From the IMG/VR virus record IMGVR_UViG_3300022213_000237, positions 64,001 through 128,000 of that record: a stretch of DNA of 64,000 bases; one strand, given 5' to 3'. Made by a program: the position numbers and the translations under genes. The DNA comes from a virus. The notes beneath the pieces were generated by a model that saw only the letters and a list, made by a program, of their open reading frames with translations, was not told the DNA's origin and ran no database searches. Shown one piece after another: positions 9,614 through 19,327 of this stretch (the first letter of the stretch is position 1; every line of letters starts with the position of its first letter).

Positions 9614-10192
9614 TCATGCGGTTTGCGTTACCATGACCAACGTAGGAACGAGTTCGAGATCGAATTGTGATTCCTTCATTTGAAAGAGGATCGGCTCCAC
9701 CTTGGGCCAAAATTCCGAAGATGTTAGCAAGATCGTTGCTCGCCCCTCGTGGTTGCCAGTGCCGACCTGCTTTAAACGCACCGCGTGCTTGTTTGATCTA
9801 AGAACAACATGTGCCCCGAGCCTAAACTGCCACTCAAATGAGGGCAGTCTAATGAGCACGCTCTGTTTTGCTGGAAATACAAACAAATCTTCAGGATGAA
9901 CACGCATCACGGCGACTCCGGTTTGGTTATTTTGAGCAATCCTTTGTAGGAGAGTCAAAGAATTTTGTTGAGCGTCGTTGCGGTTTTTGACCAGAGCCAA
10001 ATAAAATTGCCTGAGGACCTCCACATCATCTTTCCGAAACCAAACAACCGAATGCCCGTTACAGCTGTAACGGGCGCGATCCACTTCCCAACTACCGGTA
10101 ACTACATACAAAATCGCCTGACGTAGGCGCTTCCATAATGAAGCGTGGTGTCCCGAAGAGACTAAGATTATTGGGTCTTTGATTTCATTCAT
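9614..10192 (-). CDS. Hypothetical phage protein
   Basis: 192-aa ORF. Confidence 0.6.
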   Translation of the reverse strand: MNEIKDPIILVSSGHHASLWKRLRQAILYVVTGSWEVDRARYSCNGHSVVWFRKDDVEVLRQFYLALVKNRNDAQQNSLTLLQRIAQNNQTGVAVMRVHPEDLFVFPAKQSVLIRLPSFEWQFRLGAHVVLRSNKHAVRLKQVGTGNHEGRATILLTSSEFWPKVEPILFQMKESQFDLELVPTLVMVTQTA

Positions 10193-10258
10193 AGAGTTTT
10201 CTTTATCCGTAAGATCAGACTTAATCTAGGTACCGAAACCCCATTTTTGGAGTTAAAC

Positions 10259-10609
10259 ATGGCAACCTTATCTCAAGCAGCGTCGAAAGCAATCGCGGTC
10301 GCGCTCGCCAACAACGTAGTAGCACCCGAAGTTATTCAGGCCGTAGCGGATGCCCGCGCTGTCGCAGACCAAGGTGCGGTGATCATCGCCGCCACCATCG
10401 TGGCCACCAGCGTCAGCCAGACCACCGATTTCGGTGCTTTGCTTGAGAACGACATCGTTCTCGTAATCGCAGCCTCTGCCGGAAACGCACATTTCGTGGA
10501 AATCGCCACCGCAGGTGACCTAGGCGAAGCCGCTGTTGTGGGCAGCCTCTACGTTGTGCTTCGCGCGGCTTCATTGCCTGCGGCAGCTGACGTCGCTCCT
10601 ATTTTCTAA
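10259..10609 (+). CDS. Small Ala/Val-rich protein, probable virion (head decoration-like) protein
   Basis: GGAG RBS, isolated plus-strand gene with upstream TAATCT motif and downstream terminator; composition typical of structural proteins. Confidence 0.65.
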   Translation: MATLSQAASKAIAVALANNVVAPEVIQAVADARAVADQGAVIIAATIVATSVSQTTDFGALLENDIVLVIAASAGNAHFVEIATAGDLGEAAVVGSLYVVLRAASLPAAADVAPIF

Positions 10610-10634
10610 TTAAAAAGGTTGAACACAACCTTTG

Positions 10635-10666
10635 GCCGGCACCCTTGTGGGGTCGCCGGCTTTTTG
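10635..10666 (+). terminator. Rho-independent terminator
   Basis: GCCGGC-ACCC/GGGT-C-GCCGGC stem followed by TTTTT directly after ORF 10259-10609. Confidence 0.8.
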
Positions 10667-10969
10667 TGTTTTATTTCATGTTTCGTTCTTGAATATCGGA
10701 GCGATGCCGGCGCAGTTTGAGCATCAGATGATCGAATGCGACGCGAATGTGCGCGCCCGCGACCCCAAAGAACTGGACCACCATCTGGATCTCGTCTTGG
10801 CAGATATGGAAATGCATATCGCCTTTCTAGCACGATCGGATCAAGCTGTCAAGCTTGCTACCAAATACGGCATTAACCGCATAAGAGAACCCGATACTAA
10901 GAACTAGGCCCACAAACAATGCCACGAAGGCACCCAGCATCAATAGGTTGTGGATAGCTTCCACAAGAC

Positions 10970-11275
10970 TCATAGACATTTACCGTGCTTGACGAGACCT
11001 TTCTTTAGACCACGTCCGGCATCACAACGACCATTCTCATTGCTTTTCCCAGGTAAATCGAGACCAGCGTCGACGCCCTCGACACTTCCGGAGTCCGGAA
11101 CTTCAGGTTCTCCGGCGTCAACCGGTTCCATGACGATAATTACACGACCATCCTCAACTTCTACCCGAACAGGTATGTACTCAAAGACATCTGTGGCTTC
11201 CGTAGGAATGGAGTGAATAGCAGGATCTCTACCGCACGAGACGAAGAGCAGAGCCAACAAAACGAGTTTTTTCAT
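10970..11275 (-). CDS. Putative lipoprotein
   Basis: MKKLVLLALLFVS-C lipobox; acidic DAG-rich body. Confidence 0.7.
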   Translation of the reverse strand: MKKLVLLALLFVSCGRDPAIHSIPTEATDVFEYIPVRVEVEDGRVIIVMEPVDAGEPEVPDSGSVEGVDAGLDLPGKSNENGRCDAGRGLKKGLVKHGKCL

Positions 11276-11405
11276 GCAATGATTCTAGCTTCCAGATCAA
11301 TGCATGTCGTCACGCGGGCGATACTGCTCCCATTTGGTATAATGTACTGAAGGATGACGAGCCGCAAAGCACCGCCACCCTAACATGGGCATTATCGCTC
11401 GCAAG

Positions 11406-11672
11406 TTAAAATATCTGTCTACCGTATGCGTCGTATTCGTTGGTCCAAAGATTCTCGATGCCGCACGTTTCTTCTAGCCCTCTAGAACGACAATAGGTCT
11501 TACTTTCTGCCACACACGACTTTTCGTTAAAAGGTCGGTAGGGAGGTGAACGTAAACATGCGTGAAGCGATGACCCGGCCTGACGTCTAACACCAGCCCT
11601 TTCTTGGAGTCGAAGGGTTTCGGCATTAAAGGCACAACCGGAGAGCAATGCGGCAAGGAGGATTGTTTTCAT
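11406..11672 (-). CDS. Putative lipoprotein
   Basis: MKTILLAALLSG-C canonical lipobox. Confidence 0.75.
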   Translation of the reverse strand: MKTILLAALLSGCAFNAETLRLQERAGVRRQAGSSLHACLRSPPYRPFNEKSCVAESKTYCRSRGLEETCGIENLWTNEYDAYGRQIF

Positions 11673-11826
11673 CCACCTTCCGTATCCGGTGGATCTTTTG
11701 CTTCCTCTTTTGGAGCGAGGAGCCGCTCTAGTCGCGCGACTCTGACCCTTAATTCTTCCAGATGTTTGTATAGTTTTTGAATTTGATTTAAGGGTCTGCT
11801 TGGTGGATATTCATTTTTCATAGATA

Positions 11827-12141
11827 TCAACGGAGATACGCAACACCGTATGGTCCGCAGCCTTCAATTGGGTTGATGGCATGGATATTGCCGCGAGGAT
11901 GACGTTTAGGCTCCGGAGCCTTCCAGCTAGCGGGCTTGAGGATGTTGCCGGTCTCGACTTCGATGAAGCAATAAACCGAAACGCTGACCCCATGCCTCTT
12001 GACGAGGCGGATAAACTTCTTACCGCTGGGGTCGATGGTGACGGTGGTTGCGTCTCCGAGAGCATTTTTCAGCATGACCGAAAGTTGATTCACGAAGTTG
12101 ACCAGTGCGGGGTAGATTTCGGTATTCTCGATTGCGTTCAT
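11827..12141 (-). CDS. Conserved-looking phage protein
   Basis: GKKFIRLV..SVYCFI..TGNILKPASWKAP..RGNI pattern recalled from phage early proteins; start set by promoter geometry. Confidence 0.7.
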   Translation of the reverse strand: MNAIENTEIYPALVNFVNQLSVMLKNALGDATTVTIDPSGKKFIRLVKRHGVSVSVYCFIEVETGNILKPASWKAPEPKRHPRGNIHAINPIEGCGPYGVAYLR

Positions 12142-12147
12142 AACTAC

Positions 12148-12176
12148 TTTATAGCAAATCACTTATCGTCTGTCAA
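12148..12176 (-). promoter_or_regulatory. Sigma70-like promoter (leaderless transcript)
   Basis: TTGACA-17nt-TATAAA-6nt-ATG. Confidence 0.75.
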
Positions 12177-12487
12177 TAGGGCCTCAAACCCAGCTCGATC
12201 TGAGTCAAATACAACCTGAATTCGGCGGCTTGAGACTTTAAGTCTCTGATTTCTTTATATATAGAGTCCCGCCTTTCCTTAATCGCGAGCAAAGTAGCAT
12301 CGACATCCACCTCTGAGGAGAGGGATTCGCGCTCGTCAACTAAGGCTCGTTGGGCGTTATCCAGATTGAAAATGACGTGATACTCCAACCAAGTTATCCT
12401 GTCTCGAATCAGACGAAGTTGTAGTCTAGCGTTCCCGACTTTACGCCACCGTAGCCACCACGTCTTTAAATTTTCCCATCTACTCAT
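12173..12487 (-). CDS. Hypothetical coiled-coil protein
   Basis: ORF overlapping the AAA gene end. Confidence 0.55.
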   Translation of the reverse strand: MSRWENLKTWWLRWRKVGNARLQLRLIRDRITWLEYHVIFNLDNAQRALVDERESLSSEVDVDATLLAIKERRDSIYKEIRDLKSQAAEFRLYLTQIELGLRPY

Positions 12488-13382
12488 CAGTCAAATCCTT
12501 ACCACGAAGACGTTTGATTTCGGCCTCTAGGTCTCCATCTAGGATCGAAACGGCCACAATCAATTCCTTCAAGTGTGCCATGCTTAGCCCTTTAGACCTT
12601 CTAACCCATAGGTCCAAGGTCAAGTCATTTTTGCATACACCTCGGCTCTTAAGGTATTCCCGACGCATTTCCGCGTTGGGAGCCCCAATTTCAATAATCT
12701 TATCGAATCGAGAGGGCCTATTAGAAATTCGTTCTGGAATACGAGACAGGTAGTTGGTGGTGGCAATATACACTACTCCACCAATTGAGGTGTCGCCGTC
12801 AAGCAGGGCCAAAAGCTGGGATTCGCCAAACCGGAGAAGATTGTCGAGATCCTCCATCACCACCACTAATTGGCGAGTGGGTTCGATGGCACGGAAACTT
12901 GTTAACATCAAAGATAAGCCGTTTGGGTCTTCGGGGGCCATAATAACGACTCCATCTTTTTCGATGGTATCACTCATAACGTGATTAAGCGTAGATGTTT
13001 TACCCGTACCAGGAGGCCCATGAAGCAGGAACCCGCGCTTGTGGATAAAACCGTACTTACGGTATTTTTCTTCTAGGGTCCAGAAGCGGTCGATTTCGGA
13101 AATTACCTCCTTAGCCGACGAATTCCCAGAACGGATGAGGGTGTCGGTGCTGATCGACACCGGCTGGAAGCCAAGATCGAATCCCACTTGACTTACCTTA
13201 TAGACACCGGCAGGTAATTTTGGGGTTGCGGACACGGGCATAGACGGAACAAAGCACCCGCCTCTAGTGTGGTACTCAGACACTTCTTGTATTGTTTTCT
13301 TTTTGTTGATCATATCGTTTTCGGTCTCTTCGTTTTCGTCGTAGTATTCACAGTCGTCAGAGAAGGTTATTACGTCTCGCAT
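12480..13382 (-). CDS. AAA+ ATPase
   Basis: KRGFLLHGPPGTGKT, VVMEDLD, ATTNY, RPSRFD. Confidence 0.92.
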   Translation of the reverse strand: MRDVITFSDDCEYYDENEETENDMINKKKTIQEVSEYHTRGGCFVPSMPVSATPKLPAGVYKVSQVGFDLGFQPVSISTDTLIRSGNSSAKEVISEIDRFWTLEEKYRKYGFIHKRGFLLHGPPGTGKTSTLNHVMSDTIEKDGVVIMAPEDPNGLSLMLTSFRAIEPTRQLVVVMEDLDNLLRFGESQLLALLDGDTSIGGVVYIATTNYLSRIPERISNRPSRFDKIIEIGAPNAEMRREYLKSRGVCKNDLTLDLWVRRSKGLSMAHLKELIVAVSILDGDLEAEIKRLRGKDLTDE

Positions 13383-13730
13383 GATGGTATCATACCTGCT
13401 GATCGTCGCCCTTACCTTGATGGTATTTATCCCAAAGCTTTTTGGCGATTACGCATAAGCTCCACAAAACCAGACCTCCCGGTACCAGGATTATGAGGAT
13501 TGCTAGAGCTATACGCCACCATTTCATGCTACCTCTTACCCGACTGATCGGTATCAGCATCCGCCCGCTTACTTCAAAAGCGGTTTAACGCAAACGATAA
13601 ATCGCTAAACCCGCCACAATCGCGATAGAAGGCAGAGCCAAAATTACGGCCACGCCAATTAAACATTTTACCGCCAATCTCTCTTTCATTTATTTTTCCG
13701 ACTTTTTGGTTGTGTTGGGGTCAAAAATGT

Positions 13731-14054
13731 TTAAAGCTCTTCTGCTGTGATTTTAAGTCTTTCTTCGCGTTTGGCTTTGGATTCATCCATGCTCTTCGAG
13801 CGTCGTAGCCCCGTGGCAAGGGTTCTTTTGGGCTTGATTTTACCCGCACGACAATCGACGCAATACGATTGAGACGAAAAACGGTTCGGTCTACCGTATG
13901 CGTCTTTATGGGTACGAACACCAAAGAACTTAAACCTTCGGATACGTTCGCATTTTGGACATCGCTTAGTTGAGGGAGCCTGCGCAACCACCCGCTTGCG
14001 TTGAGAGGTAACGTATGCTGCTACTCCGCGAGTCATCTTGAATTTTGTTGTCAT
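13731..14054 (-). CDS. Basic Zn-finger protein (CPKC..QSYCVDCR family)
   Basis: Motif shared with 50194-50418 and the C-terminus of 48576-50186. Confidence 0.7.
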   Translation of the reverse strand: MTTKFKMTRGVAAYVTSQRKRVVAQAPSTKRCPKCERIRRFKFFGVRTHKDAYGRPNRFSSQSYCVDCRAGKIKPKRTLATGLRRSKSMDESKAKREERLKITAEEL

Positions 14055-14061
14055 AATGTTC

Positions 14062-14091
14062 CTTATAGCAGATCTAGATCCAGAAAGTCAA
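14062..14091 (-). promoter_or_regulatory. Sigma70-like promoter
   Basis: TTGACT-18nt-TATAAG-7nt-ATG. Confidence 0.6.
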
Positions 14092-14639
14092 GAAACTTTG
14101 GTGATATTTGCTTCGCCGATGGCGGGAATGGTGTAAAAGTCACCATGCGGATCCAACATGGGATAGCCCGGAAACGCAGTCCGCAAAGCCTTCCAGAGAC
14201 GATTTTTGGACGTCACCGGAACTTCATTGACGTGAAGGCTTGCGTTCCATCTTCTGCCGGGCACGGAACCTAGTTGTTGGACTCCGATTTCAGTATATGG
14301 GGTGGTGACCAACAGCACTTCTGGACGGTTTGGGTCTTGAAGCACTCGAATGGACATGATGCGGATAGCGATTTTTGACGCCAGTGTAGTAAAGCCAAGA
14401 TGCATGAGTTGGCGGCAAGCATCAACGGCATCCAAGCCGCTTTGTTTATCAGCAATTTCAAAAATAAGGGCATTCGCGAGGGCTCTGTTGTCGTCATTGA
14501 TGAACCCGTCGTATCCGTGTTTTTCTCTACAATCCGGGCCAATGCCCAGCTCCACAGACACAGCGTCTCTTAGGGGCCGAGCGCAGACTGCGCAGTGAGT
14601 GGCGAGAAGTTTAGTGCTTCGAAGGTTCTCGTAGGTCAT
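14088..14639 (-). CDS. DUF6011-like Zn-binding protein
   Basis: CAVCARPLRDAVSVELGIGPDCREK. Confidence 0.7.
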   Translation of the reverse strand: MTYENLRSTKLLATHCAVCARPLRDAVSVELGIGPDCREKHGYDGFINDDNRALANALIFEIADKQSGLDAVDACRQLMHLGFTTLASKIAIRIMSIRVLQDPNRPEVLLVTTPYTEIGVQQLGSVPGRRWNASLHVNEVPVTSKNRLWKALRTAFPGYPMLDPHGDFYTIPAIGEANITKVS

Positions 14640-14646
14640 GTGGATA

Positions 14647-14676
14647 GTTATACACTTAAACAGATCCGCATGTCAA
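14647..14676 (-). promoter_or_regulatory. Sigma70-like promoter (leaderless transcript)
   Basis: TTGACA-18nt-TATAAC-7nt-ATG. Confidence 0.7.
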
Positions 14677-14689
14677 GGCCTAAAACGAT

Positions 14690-14938
14690 TTACCGGTTCC
14701 GCCTCCTGAACTCACGCCTTTCTTGTTTAAGCCTAGCCTTTTCCAGCCTCTTCTTGAGTACCTCGGCCTTGATAACGCGTTCGGCCACAATTTGGGCCAC
14801 GAAAGCTAACGGTAGCTCGTAGCTTTGATGTCGTCGGTACGGTCGGACAGTGAAGGTGCCCGCTTCTCGGTTTATAAACACCGTAACGCTGTCTGTGCCG
14901 TCAAAACTCCAATCCACTTGAAATTTAGCTGTAGTCAT
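14690..14938 (-). CDS. Hypothetical basic protein
   Basis: AAGGA RBS; upstream promoter. Confidence 0.65.
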   Translation of the reverse strand: MTTAKFQVDWSFDGTDSVTVFINREAGTFTVRPYRRHQSYELPLAFVAQIVAERVIKAEVLKKRLEKARLKQERREFRRRNR

Positions 14939-14981
14939 ATTTATCCTTTTTATTCAATAGCTTATTGTCTGCCAGCTTAGT

Positions 14982-15010
14982 CTTGTACCTTTATCGGCAG
15001 ATCTTGTCAA
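14982..15010 (-). promoter_or_regulatory. Sigma70-like promoter
   Basis: TTGACA-17nt-TACAAG. Confidence 0.55.
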
Positions 15011-15026
15011 CCACAATCTTGACATC

Positions 15027-17480
15027 ATGCCCACAGTTCAGATCCAGGCAACCAATTCGGTTCCTGCCAATAAGCACAAATTTTACAGCTCGGACTACGC
15101 AATTAATGCGCAAAATTGGGACCAGTACATGCCTTACCAATTAATCATGGTCAAGGCCTCTGACCCAGATCCACAGACCGGAGAGGTGCAATACACGGAA
15201 CTGCCTATGCGTTTTACGCTACCAATTCCCCCGCAAGAGCTAACAAATGAAATGGCAATAGCGACAACGTTACAAGCGACTCTGACAGGCGTAAGCGCCC
15301 AGCATGGTGGCGCGCCATTTCGGGACATATCTCTTTCTGGCACTACGGGTATCAATCCATCCAAAATCCGTACCGATGAACGTCGCAACGTAGTAGCTGC
15401 GGCGGCAGAGAGCATTTTTGCGGGTACTATCCAAAACGCTTTGCTCGCACAACAATCAGCACAACAAGCCATTTTAGGCGGCTCGTTTCAAAACAACTTC
15501 TATCAAGGGATTACGGAGGGAGATGCGGACGAACCAGATCGCATAGACCGCACTTCCACCGGCTTCTATCAGATGCAGCTGATGGAAAGATTCATCGAAT
15601 CCTACATCGCTCTCAAAACCGATGGACCTGGCGTATTGGTCTCTTCAAAAGATTCACAAGCGGACGCGACCTTAAGAGATTTAGATCCAAGGAAGGTGCG
15701 GCTCGCTTTCTGTATCTGGAGAGAAGAAGCTATTTATTTGGTAGAACCAATGCGGTTTTCGAAACGTCGCTCGGCGCAAAGTCCCATGGAGTATATGTTC
15801 ACACTCCAGCTACGGGCTTATAAACGAATTCGCTTCGAGCGTGCTCCCGAGACATCAGCTCACCATCAGTTTGCTGGTCGTCGGCCATCTATCATTGCCG
15901 AGATTTTTAATCGCGTACGAGCCGCTCGTCGTCTGCTTACGAATCTGAATGACTCTATCGAGAGTATGATTTCCGACCCCGCCAATGTCGTTGGTGAAGC
16001 CATTCGAGAAACTAGTTTGTTCCTCGCCGAAATCTCCGGAGTCAAAGCCTCGCTTGCGGAGCTACCCACGAACATCACCGACGAAATGATTCCTGCCATT
16101 AGGTCTGACTGGGCGACACTTCGAACACGGTATTTGGCGGCAATCAGTCCATCGGTGGACGCTGCTTTGTTACAAACAAATGGATTGGCTCAACTCAAGC
16201 AACCATTAGACCAAGACATTAAAGACGAGCTATACACAAACGTCTTCCCGAATTTAAAGCCCGATCAACTGAGGCTGTCTCCCACCACTCGGACTAAAAT
16301 CAACAACGAGATTGAACGCGTGAAAAAATTTGGAAGATATGACTTCGAGAAAGCGCGCGACCTAGTACTTAAAGCCTCCGCCGACTTTGCAGATAGGGCC
16401 GGGGCCGGGAGCGTTACTTACGCCGAAGTCTATGGGCGTGAGGTCCCGACCGTGTTCACTACCCCCACTAGCACCACAATGGATGTGATTTTTGCCTTCA
16501 ATGAAATGGCAATAAACTTGGACCGTCTCGCTGTAAGCTCAAAAATCGACCCACCGGCACCGACGAGCTTAGAGTATATTGCGGGTCTCGCCGAGGCATC
16601 TGGTATTGCTTTCACGACTCCACGGTCAAAGTTGGCGGTGCCATTTCCTTACGGATTCACTCTCGAGCGCTTGTCTGCATTGTACTTGGGTGACCCCAAC
16701 CGTTGGCACGAAATAGTAGCCCTCAATGGATTGCGTACCCCATACGTAGACGAAGAAGGATTTCAGCTCAGTCTATTAGTGAATGGCGACGGAAACATCG
16801 TTGTCGTGAATGACAGGAAAAACCTTTATATTGGACAAACTGTTTGGCTCGCCGCCAATGCGGTACGACGCGAGAAACGTCATATTGTAAACATAACTGA
16901 AGTCACTGCCCAAGAATACGAAGTAACTCTTGATGGGGCAGCAGACTTAGAGCGCTTTACCGTATCGGATCAAGCAGTGCTTGAAGCTTTCTTGCCAGCC
17001 ACAGTGAATAGCCAACAGTCTATTTATATTCCATCACAGAATGAAGCTCCAGATGACCCACTCACTAAACAGATTCCAGGCGTCGATGAATTCGATGCGT
17101 TGCTACAGGTATCGGGCGTTGATCTGCTCCTGACTCCCGACGGTGACCTTGCAATTACTCCAGATGGAGACTGTAGACTTGCTTACGGATTGGCTAATAT
17201 TGTTCAAACCGTTAAGTTGGCTCTATCTACCCCAAAAGGGGCTCTGCTTCAGCACCCAGAATACGGGCTTGAGATTGTAGCCGGTACCTCTACTGCGGAC
17301 ATAAACGCAGACTCTATCCTTCAGTCCGTGGAGCAAATGTTTAATCGCGACCCCATGTTCTCGGGTGTGCGTTCCGCTTTTGTGGCCAAAAACGGTTCCA
17401 CGTTAACAATCACTCTCGATGTTGGTATTGCCGGGACTTCCAGCTTTATACCAATCACTGTGGCGATAAAGTCTACGTAA
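15027..17480 (+). CDS. Baseplate/tail assembly protein: tube-initiator-like N-terminus, LysM-like module, C-terminal gp25-like sheath initiator
   Basis: FTLPIPPQEL..ISLSGTTG; TLERLSALYLGDPNRWHEIVALNGL (LysM/gpX-like); DGDCRLAYGLANIVQ..LSTPKGALLQHPEYG (gp25-like). Confidence 0.75.
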   Translation: MPTVQIQATNSVPANKHKFYSSDYAINAQNWDQYMPYQLIMVKASDPDPQTGEVQYTELPMRFTLPIPPQELTNEMAIATTLQATLTGVSAQHGGAPFRDISLSGTTGINPSKIRTDERRNVVAAAAESIFAGTIQNALLAQQSAQQAILGGSFQNNFYQGITEGDADEPDRIDRTSTGFYQMQLMERFIESYIALKTDGPGVLVSSKDSQADATLRDLDPRKVRLAFCIWREEAIYLVEPMRFSKRRSAQSPMEYMFTLQLRAYKRIRFERAPETSAHHQFAGRRPSIIAEIFNRVRAARRLLTNLNDSIESMISDPANVVGEAIRETSLFLAEISGVKASLAELPTNITDEMIPAIRSDWATLRTRYLAAISPSVDAALLQTNGLAQLKQPLDQDIKDELYTNVFPNLKPDQLRLSPTTRTKINNEIERVKKFGRYDFEKARDLVLKASADFADRAGAGSVTYAEVYGREVPTVFTTPTSTTMDVIFAFNEMAINLDRLAVSSKIDPPAPTSLEYIAGLAEASGIAFTTPRSKLAVPFPYGFTLERLSALYLGDPNRWHEIVALNGLRTPYVDEEGFQLSLLVNGDGNIVVVNDRKNLYIGQTVWLAANAVRREKRHIVNITEVTAQEYEVTLDGAADLERFTVSDQAVLEAFLPATVNSQQSIYIPSQNEAPDDPLTKQIPGVDEFDALLQVSGVDLLLTPDGDLAITPDGDCRLAYGLANIVQTVKLALSTPKGALLQHPEYGLEIVAGTSTADINADSILQSVEQMFNRDPMFSGVRSAFVAKNGSTLTITLDVGIAGTSSFIPITVAIKST

Positions 17481-17486
17481 ACTGAG

Positions 17487-18041
17487 TTACGGTTGTGGTA
17501 CGACTCGGTCGACGAAACCACGTGCTAGCGCTTCATCCCAATTCATCCACCACTGGAGACCGCCCACCGTGTTGGCATGCGCTTCTTCAAACGAGGCGTT
17601 TGTTCGGTGGATAGTGTGTTCGAGGAGGGCACGGTTGAGCGCCTTCATCATGGCCACCACCGCTTGCCAATTATTGGGATTACCTTCCATTACACCCGAA
17701 AGCGAAATCTCATGCGCCATTAACGTTGAGCGTTTGGTCATCAAACGGACGTCACAGCTTTGGAGGATGTATAAGGCCATGGACGCGGCCATGCCATCAA
17801 CCACGCACGCGACCGTGCCATCATGCTGTTCGATTGCTTTCGAGAGGGCGAGACCTGCGGGTACTGAACCACCGGGGGAGTCGATTACGATTACGACGTT
17901 ACCGGGAGACTCAAGGGCTTCGATTAGAGGGTCTACAGATTCGTCTGTGACCACGGTATCTAGGCTAAGGTAGTTTGTTTGATTGGCGTGGGCTGGTGTC
18001 GTACACGCGAACAGGAGCAGTAGGGCAAAGAGCTTTCTCAT
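17487..18041 (-). CDS. ClpP/crotonase-fold serine protease with signal peptide or lipobox
   Basis: IDSPGGSV, GMAASMA, LMAHE, EALARGFVD; N-terminal MRKLFALLLLFAC. Confidence 0.85.
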   Translation of the reverse strand: MRKLFALLLLFACTTPAHANQTNYLSLDTVVTDESVDPLIEALESPGNVVIVIDSPGGSVPAGLALSKAIEQHDGTVACVVDGMAASMALYILQSCDVRLMTKRSTLMAHEISLSGVMEGNPNNWQAVVAMMKALNRALLEHTIHRTNASFEEAHANTVGGLQWWMNWDEALARGFVDRVVPQP

Positions 18042-18493
18042 CTAGATGGAGATTGTGGCTCGATCTGGGCCTTAATCTCGGCTTTGCCCCTGCCAGCTAG
18101 AGAATCCGCCCTTTCGTTCCAGGTGTTCCCCTGATGCCCTCGTACCCATCGGGTCCGGACTTTTAGTTCGTCGTGCAGGTAACGTATTCGTTCCGCCAAT
18201 TCCAGATTAGCAGAAGGCGTGTATCCTCCAGATGCCAGGCCTAAAACATACTGAGAGTCGGACACCAACTCGATCATTTCTTCGGGCCCAATTTCGCCAA
18301 AGGCTTTGCACAATATCACCGCCTCAAGACCCTTAATTGCGGCAGTTAACTCCATGCAATTATTAGTGGTTTTTGGATCTCCACCGTAGTCCGCGTACAG
18401 CACCTGGGTCTCGTCTCGCACCATCACCCAGGCCCAACCTCCAGGCTTACCACCCCGAGAGGAGCTACTGCCGTCAGAATATACGGAAATCAT
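18038..18493 (-). CDS. rnhA: Ribonuclease HI
   Basis: YSDGS..GGWAW, TTNNCMELTA, SDSQYV, WVRGHQG..NERADSLA. Confidence 0.93.
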   Translation of the reverse strand: MISVYSDGSSSSRGGKPGGWAWVMVRDETQVLYADYGGDPKTTNNCMELTAAIKGLEAVILCKAFGEIGPEEMIELVSDSQYVLGLASGGYTPSANLELAERIRYLHDELKVRTRWVRGHQGNTWNERADSLAGRGKAEIKAQIEPQSPSR

Positions 18494-18500
18494 AAGAGTA

Positions 18501-18788
18501 TTACTGGTTTTCGCGCATCCACAACGTGCCCCCGTCATACTTAACAATACCCAAAAAACGCAAATTCTCTGGATCAAAACTTTCCCCAGACGAGTATCGG
18601 TGAAGCGTTATTGTCTCCGTCTCACTTAATTCACCTAACGGTACGAGCACAATCAGACACAAAAAGGAATCAAACATAGATTCTACTGTGTGCATCTCCA
18701 AGACTTTGCTTCCTTTTGGAAGGTCCAATTTGGTCTCCGACGCCATTGGTTGTGGCAGCCGGTAAGTAAAAATTGTATGTTCAGCCAT
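18501..18788 (-). CDS. Hypothetical phage protein
   Basis: GGAG RBS; ORF in array. Confidence 0.6.
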   Translation of the reverse strand: MAEHTIFTYRLPQPMASETKLDLPKGSKVLEMHTVESMFDSFLCLIVLVPLGELSETETITLHRYSSGESFDPENLRFLGIVKYDGGTLWMRENQ

Positions 18789-18800
18789 ACTCCGTAATAG

Positions 18801-19100
18801 CTAGGCGATCGCCTTGCGACTCACGATCCAAAACTGCTGTTCAATTTGGATGACATCGCCGTCGTCCATGGTGTCGAAGATGTAGCGTTCGCACATTTGC
18901 AAATCCACCGGCTTCTCGTTCTTCTGGAAAAATTGCTGGAGCATGCGATAAAGTTCCTGGACGGTATCCTCTTTGCTCCATCCACACTCTTCGTTCAGGT
19001 GCTTAAATCGAGCCGCGTACTCGCTTTTAGAGACCAAGTCTCGGACATAAAGGTCGTACGTTCCATTATCCCTACGCTTGACAAGGTATTGAGAGGTCAT
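18801..19100 (-). CDS. Hypothetical phage protein
   Basis: Own promoter directly upstream. Confidence 0.65.
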   Translation of the reverse strand: MTSQYLVKRRDNGTYDLYVRDLVSKSEYAARFKHLNEECGWSKEDTVQELYRMLQQFFQKNEKPVDLQMCERYIFDTMDDGDVIQIEQQFWIVSRKAIA

Positions 19101-19106
19101 ACTTCA

Positions 19107-19135
19107 TTATTATCAAAAACCATAACTACTGTCAA
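19107..19135 (-). promoter_or_regulatory. Sigma70-like promoter (leaderless transcript)
   Basis: TTGACA-17nt-TAATAA-6nt-ATG. Confidence 0.6.
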
Positions 19136-19327
19136 TACATGGCCTCTTCGTATATCTCATCCAGAGAATCAACTTCAGCGATTCTACGGTCAGAAACCTT
19201 ATTTTGTTTACGCATTTCGGCCTGATGCTCAAGCAGACACTCTTGTGCTTCATCGCGTGTCTCGTGTTCGTGTTCACAGCAATCAAGGCCTTTGGACGTG
19301 AATTTTCCTACGGTAATGAACATAATT

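Noticed and set aside
13383-13730. Apparent ORF-free gap as a possible ncRNA/tRNA
   Set aside because: Filled by two short minus-strand hydrophobic ORFs; no tRNA T-loop or cloverleaf recognised
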